Source of the DNA: Solirubrobacterales bacterium
GTDB taxonomy: Bacteria > Actinomycetota > Thermoleophilia > Solirubrobacterales > 70-9
Length of the DNA: 64,000 nt
NCBI GenBank assembly: GCA_035572835.1
Contig: DATNAG010000054.1
Span: 28,553-92,552 of the forward strand
Direction of reading: 5' to 3'
Numbering within the stretch: the stretch's first letter is position 1; every line of letters starts with the position of its first letter. Both the position numbers and the translations under genes were made by a program. Of the stretch, positions 1 through 8,983 are shown one piece after another. The notes under the pieces were generated by a model, which worked only from the letters and a program-made list of their open reading frames with translations, made no database searches and had not been told where the DNA came from.

Positions 1-144
1 CAGCCGCTCCTTCAGCGAGTCGACCTTGTGGCTGGCGATCTGGAACGACTTCTCGATCTCGCGCGCCTCGATCACCACGGGCTCGCTCGCGAGGTCACGG
101 GCGGTCGCCTTGCCGCGGATCGATGATTGGGTGTCGGTTGCCAT
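1..144 (-). CDS. ABC transporter ATP-binding protein, first 48 codons only (gene runs off the left edge); Wzt/TagH-like polysaccharide exporter type
   Basis: Reverse complement of 1-144 starts with ATG (142-144) and reads MATDTQSSIRGKATARDLASEPVVIEAREIEKSFQIASHKVDSLKERL. The IEAR-I-KSF...SLKE pattern is the usual N-terminus ahead of the Walker A in Wzt/TagH-type ATPases. It is absent from the ORF track because it is truncated. Confidence 0.45.
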   Translation of the reverse strand, partial: MATDTQSSIRGKATARDLASEPVVIEAREIEKSFQIASHKVDSLKERL

Positions 145-170
145 CTCTCGGGTTGCTCTAGGGTCGCCCA

Positions 171-1766
171 ATGGTCGCAGGAGGCGCCCCGGTCCAGAGT
201 GCCCATCGCCGTTCGGTGACCTTCTCGGGCCCACAACTCGACTGGTGGCTGGCGCTGGCGGCGCTGGCGATCGGCCTCGTCATCTATCTAACCGGCGACC
301 GCACCAATTGGAGCGGCGGCTTCGGCTTCGACGGCCGTTTCTATGGCGAGCTGGCGAAAAACTTTCCCTCCGCCGTCTTCGCTCACGGCACCGTCATACC
401 GCCGGGGTGGACGCCGGAACCCTACACCGGTATCCAGGCGCACGGAGTCGACTCGTACTACATCTTCCGCATCTTCCCCTCGGGCTTGGTCTGGCTGGGG
501 CTGAAGCTGACGACGCTGACGCCGACCTACGGCCACATCATCGGCCTCTTCGCCGCCCTTAACGCCTTCATGTTCGCCCTTGCCACCTGGTGCTGGTGCC
601 GCTGCGCCGCGCTGCTCGGGCTGGGGGACCGGGAGAAGGTGCTCGGCACGATCGCGCTGCTGATCAACTTCGCGGTGATGCGGGTGGGCGGCTACACGCC
701 GGTCCTCACCGATCAGGTGGCACTCGGCCTCGGCGCCCTCACGCTCTACTTCTGGCTGCGGGGCTGGACGCCGGCGCTGGCGGTCACCGTCTTCCTGCTC
801 TGCTTCACCTGGCCGCTCTCGTTCCTCACCGGCGGCGTCCTGTTGCTGCTGCCCGCACGGCGCGGCATCAGCTTCGCCCAGCGCTCCGAGGAGCCCTCGT
901 CGTGGGGCCGGTCATGGCGGGGCATGAGCCGCTTCTCGGCAGCGGTCGGCGCGGTCACCGGGGTCGCCGCCCTGGTCACGGTGATCGTGCTCGACCACGG
1001 CGGCAGCCGGGTCAGCAGCGAGGGGAACGAACAGCTCAATCAGCTCTTCCCCCTGAGCGCGGTGATCACCGGTGCCTTCGTCTTTGCCGTCGTCGGCTTC
1101 TTCCTGCCGCGGAACCCACGCGACCTCCTGGCGCTGGTGCGGTCGCTGAAGCCGTCGCGCATCGTCCTCGCGGTCGGCGTCGTCGCCGCGGCGCGGATCA
1201 TCGGCAAGATCTTCGCCCAGCGCGCCGGCTACGACTCGGCGCAGATCCTCGAAGAAGAGTTGTGGTGGACGACGCTCGACCCGGGCGTCTTCATCGTCAT
1301 CTTCGTCGGCTACTTCGGGCCGCTGCTGCTGGCGCTGCTGTTCGACCTGCCGCGGGCGGCCCGCGACGCCTGGCGGCTCGGCCCCGGGATGGCCGCGATC
1401 ATCGCGATCGGGGTGCTCGGCGCGCTCAGCACGCAGGCGCGGGAGGTCGCCAACATCTACCCATTCCTGCTCCTCCCCGGCGTCCTCGCCTTCCGCCGCT
1501 TCTTCGGACTCGGCAACCTCGCCCTCGCCGGCTTCTTCGTCGTCGCCCTCGCCTGGAGCCGGATCTGGCTCTACATCGGCCCGATCGAAACCTCGCTCGC
1601 CGCCCTGCTGCACTTCCCGGCCCAGACCTACTACATGGCGCAGGGCCCCTGGACGACCCCGGCGACCTACGCGATGCAACTCGGCGGAGTCGTGCTCACC
1701 GCTGCCGTCGGAGCGGCCGCGCTGGGATACCGGCGACGGTCTCGCCCGCCGGCACGTCACGGCTGA
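171..1766 (+). CDS. Large polytopic integral membrane protein (candidate GT-C-like glycosyltransferase or polymerase); start uncertain (ATG 171 or GTG 216)
   Basis: 531-aa ORF with many hydrophobic helices (LALAALAIGLVIYL, IIGLFAALNAFMFALATWCW, VFIVIFVGYFGPLLLALLF). Codon usage is typical of the region. It sits inside a glycan locus. Confidence 0.6.
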   Translation: MVAGGAPVQSAHRRSVTFSGPQLDWWLALAALAIGLVIYLTGDRTNWSGGFGFDGRFYGELAKNFPSAVFAHGTVIPPGWTPEPYTGIQAHGVDSYYIFRIFPSGLVWLGLKLTTLTPTYGHIIGLFAALNAFMFALATWCWCRCAALLGLGDREKVLGTIALLINFAVMRVGGYTPVLTDQVALGLGALTLYFWLRGWTPALAVTVFLLCFTWPLSFLTGGVLLLLPARRGISFAQRSEEPSSWGRSWRGMSRFSAAVGAVTGVAALVTVIVLDHGGSRVSSEGNEQLNQLFPLSAVITGAFVFAVVGFFLPRNPRDLLALVRSLKPSRIVLAVGVVAAARIIGKIFAQRAGYDSAQILEEELWWTTLDPGVFIVIFVGYFGPLLLALLFDLPRAARDAWRLGPGMAAIIAIGVLGALSTQAREVANIYPFLLLPGVLAFRRFFGLGNLALAGFFVVALAWSRIWLYIGPIETSLAALLHFPAQTYYMAQGPWTTPATYAMQLGGVVLTAAVGAAALGYRRRSRPPARHG

Positions 1767-2412
1767 CCACCGCTCCCGAGGCGACGACCGCGCCGCGGCC
1801 GACGGTGATCCCGGGCAGCAGCGAGGCGCCGGCGCCGATCGCGGCGTCGTCCTCGATCGTCGGCGGCTCGAACCCGCGTACCTCGCCGAAGGAGTTGTCG
1901 TTGGTGGTCGCGACCATGGTCGAGACGAAGACGCGACTGCCGATCGTCATCTCGCCGGTCAGGTGGGACTTGTCCATCACCCGGGTCTCCTCGCCGACCG
2001 TGACGCCGGCGTCGAGGGTCACGCCTCGGCCGAGCGCCGTGCGGGCGCCGATCCGCGACTGCTCGCGGATCGAGGCGCCGTCGCCGAGCAGAACCTCGGC
2101 GCCGACCTCGACGTCGTAGTAGACGACGACGTTGACCCCGATCGCGCCGCCGGCCCCGATCACCACCCGCCGCTCGAAGACAGGTTCGCGGGCGACGATC
2201 CCGGCGGCCTTCGGCGCCCGACCGAGCACGCTGCCGGGGAGCACCTCGGTGCCCGCACCGACCTCCACCCCGGCGCCGATCACGACGTGCGGATGGATCG
2301 CCACCCCGTCGCCGAGGATCGCGCCCTCGCGGACGACGGCGAACTCGGCGATCGTCACGCCCTCACCGATCGCCTCGGTCTCGACTACTGCGCTGCGGTG
2401 GACCGCGGACAT
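1696..2412 (-). CDS. Left-handed beta-helix (hexapeptide-repeat) sugar N-acetyltransferase, FdtC/QdtC-like
   Basis: Imperfect hexapeptide repeats run throughout (IGEGVTIAEFAVVREGAILGDGVAIHPHVVIGAGVEVGAGTEV...). It is divergent from the FdtA-like gene. Confidence 0.8.
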   Translation of the reverse strand: MSAVHRSAVVETEAIGEGVTIAEFAVVREGAILGDGVAIHPHVVIGAGVEVGAGTEVLPGSVLGRAPKAAGIVAREPVFERRVVIGAGGAIGVNVVVYYDVEVGAEVLLGDGASIREQSRIGARTALGRGVTLDAGVTVGEETRVMDKSHLTGEMTIGSRVFVSTMVATTNDNSFGEVRGFEPPTIEDDAAIGAGASLLPGITVGRGAVVASGAVVSRDVPAGETVAGIPARPLRRQR

Positions 2413-2452
2413 CGGGCGGCGATCCTAGCGCTGCGCTAACCTGCCGGCCCTC

Positions 2453-2863
2453 TTGGGCATCGATCAATGCAAGCTGGTCGAGCTGCCGGTCATCGAGAAC
2501 CCGCAGGGCCACCTCACCTTCATCGAGGAGGACCGACACGTCCCCTTCTCGATCGCCCGCGTCTACTACCTCTACGACGTCCCCGAGGGCGCGGCCCGCG
2601 GCGGCCACGCGCATCGCGAGCTGGAGCAGCTGATCGTGCCGATCGGCGGCAGCTTCGACGTGATCGTCGACGACGGCTCCGAGCGCCGCACCTTCCACCT
2701 CGACAACCCGCACCTCGGCCTCTACCTACCGCGGCTGATCTGGCGCGAGCTGGAGAGCTTCTCGGCCGGCTCCTTCTGCCTCGTCCTCGCCTCGGCCTGG
2801 TACGACGAGGCCGACTACTACCGCGACTACGACGCGTTTCAGGCGGCGCTCGGCGAGGCCTGA
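2453..2863 (+). CDS. dTDP-4-keto-6-deoxyhexose 3,4-ketoisomerase, FdtA/QdtA/WxcM-like cupin
   Basis: 136 aa with VPFSIARVYYLYDVP...RGGHAHRELEQLIVPIGGSFDV...LASAWYDEADYYRDY. This closely matches the FdtA pattern (IPFSIKRVYYIFD...HAHKKLEQ...YDE.DY). TTG start. Confidence 0.8.
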   Translation: MGIDQCKLVELPVIENPQGHLTFIEEDRHVPFSIARVYYLYDVPEGAARGGHAHRELEQLIVPIGGSFDVIVDDGSERRTFHLDNPHLGLYLPRLIWRELESFSAGSFCLVLASAWYDEADYYRDYDAFQAALGEA

Positions 2864-3582
2864 CCCGGGGGCTTGACGCCGACGAAGACCGCCACCTTGC
2901 GGTCCTCGAGATGCTCCCTGGTGGGCGCGTCGTCGATCCAGTCGAACTGCTCGAAGACGGACGGGAAGCCGGCGTCGATCATCGTCCGCAGCAGGTCGTC
3001 GCGCTCGAGCCAGAAGCTGCGCGCGTTGCCGAGCGAGCTCCACGGCCCGGGTACCTCACCGAACCAGCGACCGCGGCGCCCTTCGTGCTCGCTCAGCTCG
3101 TCGTCGAGCAGTTCGCCGAAGGTCTCCAGCTCCCGCCCCTCGACCGTGGCGAAGTTGGTCGGCACGATCAGGAGCCGGCGGGTCGACCGTCCCAGCTCGT
3201 GGAGGAAGGCGACCGGCTGATCGAGGTGGTACAGGAGCCCGGCGCAGAGGATCGCGTCGAAACTGCCGTGGGCCTCGAGGTTGCGGACGTCGTCCTGGAC
3301 GAAGCTGAGATTGTCGAGGCCGACCTGCTCGGCGACCCCGCGGCAGATCTCGAAGTTGTCGGGCTGCCCCTCGATCCCGACCACCTCATACCCCGCCCGG
3401 GCGAGGAGCACCGAGTAGCCGCCCTCGAGGCAACCGAGGTCGGCGACCCGGGCCCCCGGCCGGCAGAACTGCCGGATCGTGCGCAGGTAGGAGGCGGAGA
3501 GCGGCTCGGTGCCGATCTCCGGCGCCCCGGGCAAGGTCCAGTGGCCAGGCGCGATCTCGAAGTTGTGGGCGGTGAAGTTCAC
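2839..3582 (-). CDS. Class I SAM-dependent methyltransferase
   Basis: Motif I VADLGCLEGGY, followed by FDAILCAGLLYHL. The GTG start at 3582 overlaps the TGA of the upstream GT2 gene (GTGA). The longer ORF (to 3969) would overlap that gene. Confidence 0.75.
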   Translation of the reverse strand: MNFTAHNFEIAPGHWTLPGAPEIGTEPLSASYLRTIRQFCRPGARVADLGCLEGGYSVLLARAGYEVVGIEGQPDNFEICRGVAEQVGLDNLSFVQDDVRNLEAHGSFDAILCAGLLYHLDQPVAFLHELGRSTRRLLIVPTNFATVEGRELETFGELLDDELSEHEGRRGRWFGEVPGPWSSLGNARSFWLERDDLLRTMIDAGFPSVFEQFDWIDDAPTREHLEDRKVAVFVGVKPPGQASPSAA

Positions 3583-4571
3583 TCGATGATCGGGGTGCCG
3601 CCGTGCTTCCAGTCCTCGGCGGAGGCGCGCCGGGTCTCGTGCTTGTCGAAGACGACGTCCTCGATCATCCCGATCCGCACGCCCGCGAGGATCTGCCGGC
3701 GACAGAGCGACCAATCGTTCGGCTCGTCGTAGATCGCGTCGGAGAGCTCCATTTCGATGAAGTCGAGGCCGCCGTGGTAGAGCGCGCCCTGCAGGCCCCA
3801 TTCGCCGAGCTCGGGCGGGAACTTGCCCAGCGTCATCGGCTCGCCTGCGGCGAAGTTCACCTGCTGGAGGCCGTAGACGTGCTCCCAGCGATTCACGCGG
3901 GCGGCCGCCAGCAGCGTCGCGGTGTGGTCGGGCCGCAGCGCATCGTCGTCGCCGAGCCCCCCGATCCAACGCCCTCTGGCCCGCCGGAGACCTTCGTTGT
4001 AAGGGGTCGTGCCGATCACGTACCAGCGCTTCGAGGGATCTTCCGAGTAGGGGCCGCGCAGGGTGAGGTTGTAGTAGCGCACCCGCGGGTCGCCGACTTC
4101 CTCGATCGCCCTCGCGGTCTCCGGCGGCGCGGCATCGCCGACCACGATCACCTCGACGTTCTCGTAGGTCTGCCCGAGGATCGAGGGCAGCGCCACGTCG
4201 CGCAGCGTCTCGTATGAGGTGTAGGTGGGGATGATGAAGCTGACCAGCGGTTCGTCCTCGGTGAAGGCGAGCTCGTAGTCGTCGCTTTCGCGCAGCGCGT
4301 GGAGCCGGCGTCGGTTGGCGGGCTCCTCGTCGTAGATGTGGCGGGAGATTTCGCCGGCCCGCGTCGCGTGGGGCTCGATCCGCCGCAGCCGGTGACGCAT
4401 CTCTTCGATTTCCGCGTGGGCGCGGCCGAGGTCCTCGCGCAGCGTGCGGATCGCCTCCTGGGCGCCGTCGAACCCGCCCGCCATGTTCGAGTTGGTCTCG
4501 TCGAAGAACGGCTGCAGGCGCCGGTCGACCCAGTCACCGAAGGATGCCGCGAGGCGGCTGCGCAGGCTCAC
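3579..4571 (-). CDS. Family 2 glycosyltransferase with ~100-aa N-terminal coiled-coil-like extension
   Basis: VSFIIPTYTSYETLRDVALPSILGQTYENVEVIVVGD and later GGLGDDD are GT-A/GT2 signatures. Confidence 0.8.
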   Translation of the reverse strand: MSLRSRLAASFGDWVDRRLQPFFDETNSNMAGGFDGAQEAIRTLREDLGRAHAEIEEMRHRLRRIEPHATRAGEISRHIYDEEPANRRRLHALRESDDYELAFTEDEPLVSFIIPTYTSYETLRDVALPSILGQTYENVEVIVVGDAAPPETARAIEEVGDPRVRYYNLTLRGPYSEDPSKRWYVIGTTPYNEGLRRARGRWIGGLGDDDALRPDHTATLLAAARVNRWEHVYGLQQVNFAAGEPMTLGKFPPELGEWGLQGALYHGGLDFIEMELSDAIYDEPNDWSLCRRQILAGVRIGMIEDVVFDKHETRRASAEDWKHGGTPIIE

Positions 4572-4582
4572 GGCCGCGAATG

Positions 4583-5710
4583 CTAACCCGCGCCAGGACG
4601 ACCGCGCAGAGCCTCGCGCAGCGCCGCGACCACCGCGTCACGGCCGGCGTCGGGCAACTGCGGATACATCGGCAGGCTGAAGGCCCGGTCGGAGAGGCGC
4701 TCGGCGACCGGGAACTCGCCGCGGCGGTGACCCTCGGCCAGGTAGGGCGGCGCCAGGTGAGGAAGGACGGGATAGTGGACCAGCGCCTGCACACCGCGCT
4801 CGCCGAGCGCCGCGATCGTCGCGTCGCGGTCCGCGGTCCCGGCGACGAAGAGGTGCCAGACGGGCTCCGCCCAGGCGGGCGGGACCGGCAGCTCGATCCC
4901 CTCCTCCCCCGCCAGCGCCTCGCGGTAGTGGGCGGCGATCGCGCGGCGGCCCTCGTTCCAGCGGTCGAGGTGCGGGAGCTTGACGCGCAGGGAGGCGGCG
5001 CCGATCTCGTCGAGGCGCGAGTTCACCCCGGTCGACTCGATCTCGTAGCGGTTGCGCATGCCGTAGTTGCGGAGCAGGCGCAGTCGTTCGGCGAGCGCCG
5101 CGTCGTTCGTCGTCACCGCACCGCCGTCGCCGACCGAGCCGAGGTTCTTCGCCGGGTAGAAGGAGAACGCCGCGGCGTCGCCGAGGGCGCCGGCCCGGGT
5201 CCCGTCGGCGCGCGCGCCGTGCGCCTGGGCGGCGTCCTCGAAGAGGAAGAGGCCGCGTTCGGCGGCGAGCGCGCGCAACGGCTCCATCGCCGCGGGCTCG
5301 CCGCGCAGATGGACCGGCACGATCGCCGCGGTCCGCTCGGTCACCGCCGCCGCGGCCGCCGCGGGGTCGATGTTGTAGGTCGCGGCGAGCACGTCGACAC
5401 CGACCGGCGTCGCCCCGGTCAGGCTGACCGCGGTCCAGGTGGCGATCCAGGTGTAGGCGGGGACGATCACCTCGTCGCCGGGCCCGACCCCGGCCGCTTT
5501 CAGCCCGAGCTCGAGCGCGCTCAACCCGCTCCCCACCCCGACGCAATGCTCGACGCCGCAGTACTCGGCAAAAGAGCGCTCGAATTCCTCCAACTCGTTG
5601 CCGAGCAAGAACCAATCGGACTTCAGAACCCGCTCCAGAGCGGCCTCCAACTCTCCGCCCAGTTCCTCTCGGGCCGAGCCCAGGTCGACGAATGGCACCG
5701 TGAACGTCAC
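4583..5710 (-). CDS. DegT/DnrJ/EryC1/StrS-family PLP aminotransferase (FdtB/QdtB-like 3-aminotransferase)
   Basis: VPFVDLGSAREELGGELEAALERVLKSDWFLLGNELEEFERSFAEYCGVEHCVGVGSGLSALEL...FSFYPAKNLG. GTG start. Confidence 0.9.
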   Translation of the reverse strand: MTFTVPFVDLGSAREELGGELEAALERVLKSDWFLLGNELEEFERSFAEYCGVEHCVGVGSGLSALELGLKAAGVGPGDEVIVPAYTWIATWTAVSLTGATPVGVDVLAATYNIDPAAAAAAVTERTAAIVPVHLRGEPAAMEPLRALAAERGLFLFEDAAQAHGARADGTRAGALGDAAAFSFYPAKNLGSVGDGGAVTTNDAALAERLRLLRNYGMRNRYEIESTGVNSRLDEIGAASLRVKLPHLDRWNEGRRAIAAHYREALAGEEGIELPVPPAWAEPVWHLFVAGTADRDATIAALGERGVQALVHYPVLPHLAPPYLAEGHRRGEFPVAERLSDRAFSLPMYPQLPDAGRDAVVAALREALRGRPGAG

Positions 5711-5734
5711 CCGGCGAACTGTAAGTTACGGGCC

Positions 5735-7492
5735 GTGGTTTCCGGCACCGAGGCAGCTCGTCCTGGCGCGAGCCGAGCGAGCGCACCCGATCGGCGCGTC
5801 GCCACCGCCACCCTGATCGCGCTCGCCTGGGCGGTCGTCATCGCCGGCGCGCTGCTCCTCTACTGGGGCTCGAAGCTCACCTTCTTCCTCGACGACTGGG
5901 AATTCCTCGTCTACCGGCGCGGCTTCGACGCCCACTCGATCCTCGACCCCCACGGCGAGAACATCGTCGCCGGGCCGATGCTGGTCTACAAGTTCCTGCT
6001 GGCGGTCTTCGGCATGGGCTCGGCCTTCCCCTGGCGGGTCGTCCTGATCGGCTCCTTCCTCACCGCCGCGGTCCTGCTCTTCGTCTACCTGCGCCGGCGG
6101 GTGGGTCAGCTCGCGGCCCTCGCGGGCACGCTGGTGGTCCTCTTCCTCGGAACGGCCTGGGAAGACCTGCTCTGGCCCTTCCAGATCAACTACCTGGTGG
6201 CGATCGCCGCCGGCATGGGCGCGCTCGTCGCCTTCGATCGCGAGGACCGCCGCGGCGACATCATCACCTGCGCGCTGCTCGTCCTGGCGATCGTCTTCTC
6301 CAGCCTCGCCCTCCCCTTCCTCGCCTGCTTCCTGGTGTTGATCCTGCTCGGCGAGGACCGCTGGCGGCGCCTCTGGGTGGTGGCCGTGCCGGCGGTCGTC
6401 TTCGCGATCTGGTGGCTGGGCTGGGGCCACAACGCCGAAACCGGCTTCACCATCGCCAACGTCGCGAAGTCACCGATCTACGTCCTGAACGGGTTCGCGT
6501 CGTCGATCGCGGCCGTCTTCGGCCTCGCCACGCCGACCTCGGAAAACATCTCCGGCGGCCTCGAGTGGGGCAGGCCGCTGCTGGCCGTCGCCGTCGTCCT
6601 CGCCCTCTTCCGCATCTACAAGGTCGGCGTCTCGCGCCAGTTCTGGGGCATCCTCGCCCTCGGCCTCTCCTTCTGGCTGCTCGACGCCTTCTACGCCGAG
6701 GAAGGCCGGTCCCCGGTCTCCAGTCGCTATGCCCTGATCGGCGTGATCATCGTCATCCTGCTCGCCGCCGAGCTGCTCCGCGGACTGCAACTTCCCCGCA
6801 AGCCCGCGGTCTGGACCCTGGTCCTGATCGGCGTCGCGACCGTCGCCTCGATGGCCAGCAACATCTATTACCTGCATCAGGCCTACGACTCCTACCACCA
6901 GACCAGCATCCTCGAGAAATCGGCGCTGGGCGCGGTCGAACTGGCGCGCGGCCACGTCGCCCCGACCTTCCTGCTGAGCGAAGAAGTCACCGGCACCGGA
7001 TACGTCTCGATCGAAGCCGGCGCCTACTTCGCCGCCCGCGACAAGTGGGGCTCGGCGGGCTACGACGAGGCCGAACTGGCCGAAGCCCCGGAACCCGGCC
7101 GCTACTCCGCCGACAAAGTCCTCTTCGAAGGGGAGCGGGCGAAGGTGACCGACGCCACCGCCTCCGAACTGCCCTCCGGAGCGCCGGAGACCGCCGCCGG
7201 ACCCGGTGAATTCGAGGTTCCGGTGGCCGGCTGCGTCACCGCGACCCCGACCGCAGGCGTCTCACCACTGCTCGACCTGCCGCCCGGAGGCGCCTTCGTC
7301 GAGGCCGGCCCCGAACCGATCACCACCGTCTCGCTGAAGCGCTTCGCCGACGGATTCCCGATCCAGTTTCATGAAGGGGTACAGAGCGAAGAAACGATCG
7401 CTCTGGCGCTACCCGCCGACCGGTCCAGTGTTCCGTGGAAGATGCAGCTTGAAACGACGGGACCGGCGACCGTCTGCGGTCGCGGTCGGTAG
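5735..7492 (+). CDS. Large polytopic membrane protein with C-terminal extracytoplasmic domain (candidate GT-C-like)
   Basis: Only the C-terminal 585 codons of ORF 4544..7492 look coding; the upstream part is antisense to the aminotransferase. FFLDDWEFLVYRRGF lies after the first helix, and more than 10 helices follow. A TAAGTT -10-like hexamer lies 7 nt upstream of GTG 5735. Confidence 0.65.
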   Translation: MVSGTEAARPGASRASAPDRRVATATLIALAWAVVIAGALLLYWGSKLTFFLDDWEFLVYRRGFDAHSILDPHGENIVAGPMLVYKFLLAVFGMGSAFPWRVVLIGSFLTAAVLLFVYLRRRVGQLAALAGTLVVLFLGTAWEDLLWPFQINYLVAIAAGMGALVAFDREDRRGDIITCALLVLAIVFSSLALPFLACFLVLILLGEDRWRRLWVVAVPAVVFAIWWLGWGHNAETGFTIANVAKSPIYVLNGFASSIAAVFGLATPTSENISGGLEWGRPLLAVAVVLALFRIYKVGVSRQFWGILALGLSFWLLDAFYAEEGRSPVSSRYALIGVIIVILLAAELLRGLQLPRKPAVWTLVLIGVATVASMASNIYYLHQAYDSYHQTSILEKSALGAVELARGHVAPTFLLSEEVTGTGYVSIEAGAYFAARDKWGSAGYDEAELAEAPEPGRYSADKVLFEGERAKVTDATASELPSGAPETAAGPGEFEVPVAGCVTATPTAGVSPLLDLPPGGAFVEAGPEPITTVSLKRFADGFPIQFHEGVQSEETIALALPADRSSVPWKMQLETTGPATVCGRGR

Positions 7493-7507
7493 ACGAAAGG
7501 TGACGGA

Positions 7508-8296
7508 ATGAAGCTGTCGGTGGTGATGCCGGCTCACAACGAGGAGGGCTCGATCGCGCGGACCCTGCGCGGGATCGCCGACCACCTGGAGGCCGAGGGG
7601 ATCGATCACGACATCCTCGTCATCGACGACGCCAGCAAGGACCGCACCGCGGCCGTCGTCGCCGAGGTCGCCGTCGACCACCCCCAGATCCGCTGCGTCC
7701 GCTCCCACAACTCCCCCGGCTTCGGCTTCGCGGTCCGCGCCGGCCTCGACCTCTTCGAGGGTGACGCGGTGACGATCGTGATGGCCGACGGCTCCGACTC
7801 ACCGGTGGACATCGTCGCCTACTACCGCCTGCTCGAGGAAGGCTATGAGTGCGCGTTCGGCTCCCGCTGGGTGCACGGCTCGGTGGTGATCGACTACCCG
7901 CGCTCGAAGCTGATCATGAATCGGATCGTCAACTTCTGCATCCGGCTGCTGTTCCGGCACGGCTACAACGACACCACCAACGCCTTCAAGGCCTACCGGC
8001 GCGAGGTGATCGAACACATCCAGCCGCTGCTCTCGCAGCACTTCAACCTGACCGTCGAGATCCCGCTGAAGGCGGTCGTGCGCGGCTACAGCTACGGGAT
8101 CGTGCCGATCTCGTGGGCCAACCGCAGCGAGGGCGAGTCCCACCTCAAGATGAACGAGATGGGCAGCCGCTACCTCTTCATCATCCTCTACGTCTTCCTC
8201 GAGGCCCACCTGAGTCGCGGCGACTACCTGCGCGACGACTCGGCCGAGAGCCGCCCCCGCGGCACCTGGCGTGCCGTCGGCAACCGCAAATCTTAG
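7508..8296 (+). CDS. GT2 polyprenyl-phosphate sugar synthase-like glycosyltransferase (DPM1/Ppm1/GtrB-like)
   Basis: MKLSVVMPAHNEEGSI...ILVIDDASKDRT...IVMADGSDSP...TNAFKAYRREV is the typical dolichyl/polyprenyl-phosphate hexosyltransferase pattern. Confidence 0.85.
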   Translation: MKLSVVMPAHNEEGSIARTLRGIADHLEAEGIDHDILVIDDASKDRTAAVVAEVAVDHPQIRCVRSHNSPGFGFAVRAGLDLFEGDAVTIVMADGSDSPVDIVAYYRLLEEGYECAFGSRWVHGSVVIDYPRSKLIMNRIVNFCIRLLFRHGYNDTTNAFKAYRREVIEHIQPLLSQHFNLTVEIPLKAVVRGYSYGIVPISWANRSEGESHLKMNEMGSRYLFIILYVFLEAHLSRGDYLRDDSAESRPRGTWRAVGNRKS

Positions 8297-8322
8297 ATTC
8301 GATCAAAGGAGACCCCCGCCCC

Positions 8323-8967
8323 GTGAACTACGAGCGCCTCTACCACTACCGCTTCCGCGACATCGACCAGGGTGCCCGCACCGCGGTCTGGGGCGAGATC
8401 GCGCCGCACGTCTGGGAGACGATGGGGCGACCGACGACGGTGCTCGACCCGGCCGCCGGCCGCGGCGAGTTCATCGAGGCGGTGCCGGCGCAGGAGACCT
8501 GGGCGGTCGACGAGGTCGCCTATCCCGAGGCCGCCGACAAAGCGGTGACCAGACGGATCACCTCGAAGATCCAGGACGCCGACCTGCCGGCGGCCTACTT
8601 CGACGGGGTCTTCGTCTCCAACTTCCTCGAGCACCTGTACGACCAGGAGGCGATCGCCTCGTTCCTCGAACAGATGCGCGACACGATGAAAGCGGGCGGG
8701 CGGATCGCGATCATGGGCCCGAACTACCGCTACTGCTCGAAGGACTACTGGGACTGCGCCGACCACTACGTCGCCCTCACCCACGTGGCGATCGGCGAGC
8801 ACCTCTACGCGGCGGGCTTCGAGCCGGAGCGGATCATCCCCCAGTACCTGCCCTACTCCTTCCGCGGGATCCTGCCGCCGATGCCGGCCCTGACCCGGAT
8901 GTACCTGAAGACGCCGCTCGCCTGGAAGCTGCTCGGCAAACAGTTCCTCGTGATCGGGCGTCGCTGA
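8323..8967 (+). CDS. Class I SAM-dependent methyltransferase
   Basis: VLDPAAGRGEF (motif I) and FDGVFVSNFLEHL. GTG start, preceded by AAAGGAG at 8306-8312. Confidence 0.75.
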   Translation: MNYERLYHYRFRDIDQGARTAVWGEIAPHVWETMGRPTTVLDPAAGRGEFIEAVPAQETWAVDEVAYPEAADKAVTRRITSKIQDADLPAAYFDGVFVSNFLEHLYDQEAIASFLEQMRDTMKAGGRIAIMGPNYRYCSKDYWDCADHYVALTHVAIGEHLYAAGFEPERIIPQYLPYSFRGILPPMPALTRMYLKTPLAWKLLGKQFLVIGRR

Positions 8968-8983
8968 GGCAACGCCCCCGGGG

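Noticed and set aside
4544-5734. N-terminal 397 codons of ORF 4544..7492
   Set aside because: This part is antisense to the DegT-type aminotransferase and has no membrane or enzyme features. Hydrophobic helices begin only after 5735, where a GTG with a -10-like hexamer upstream gives a sensible start.
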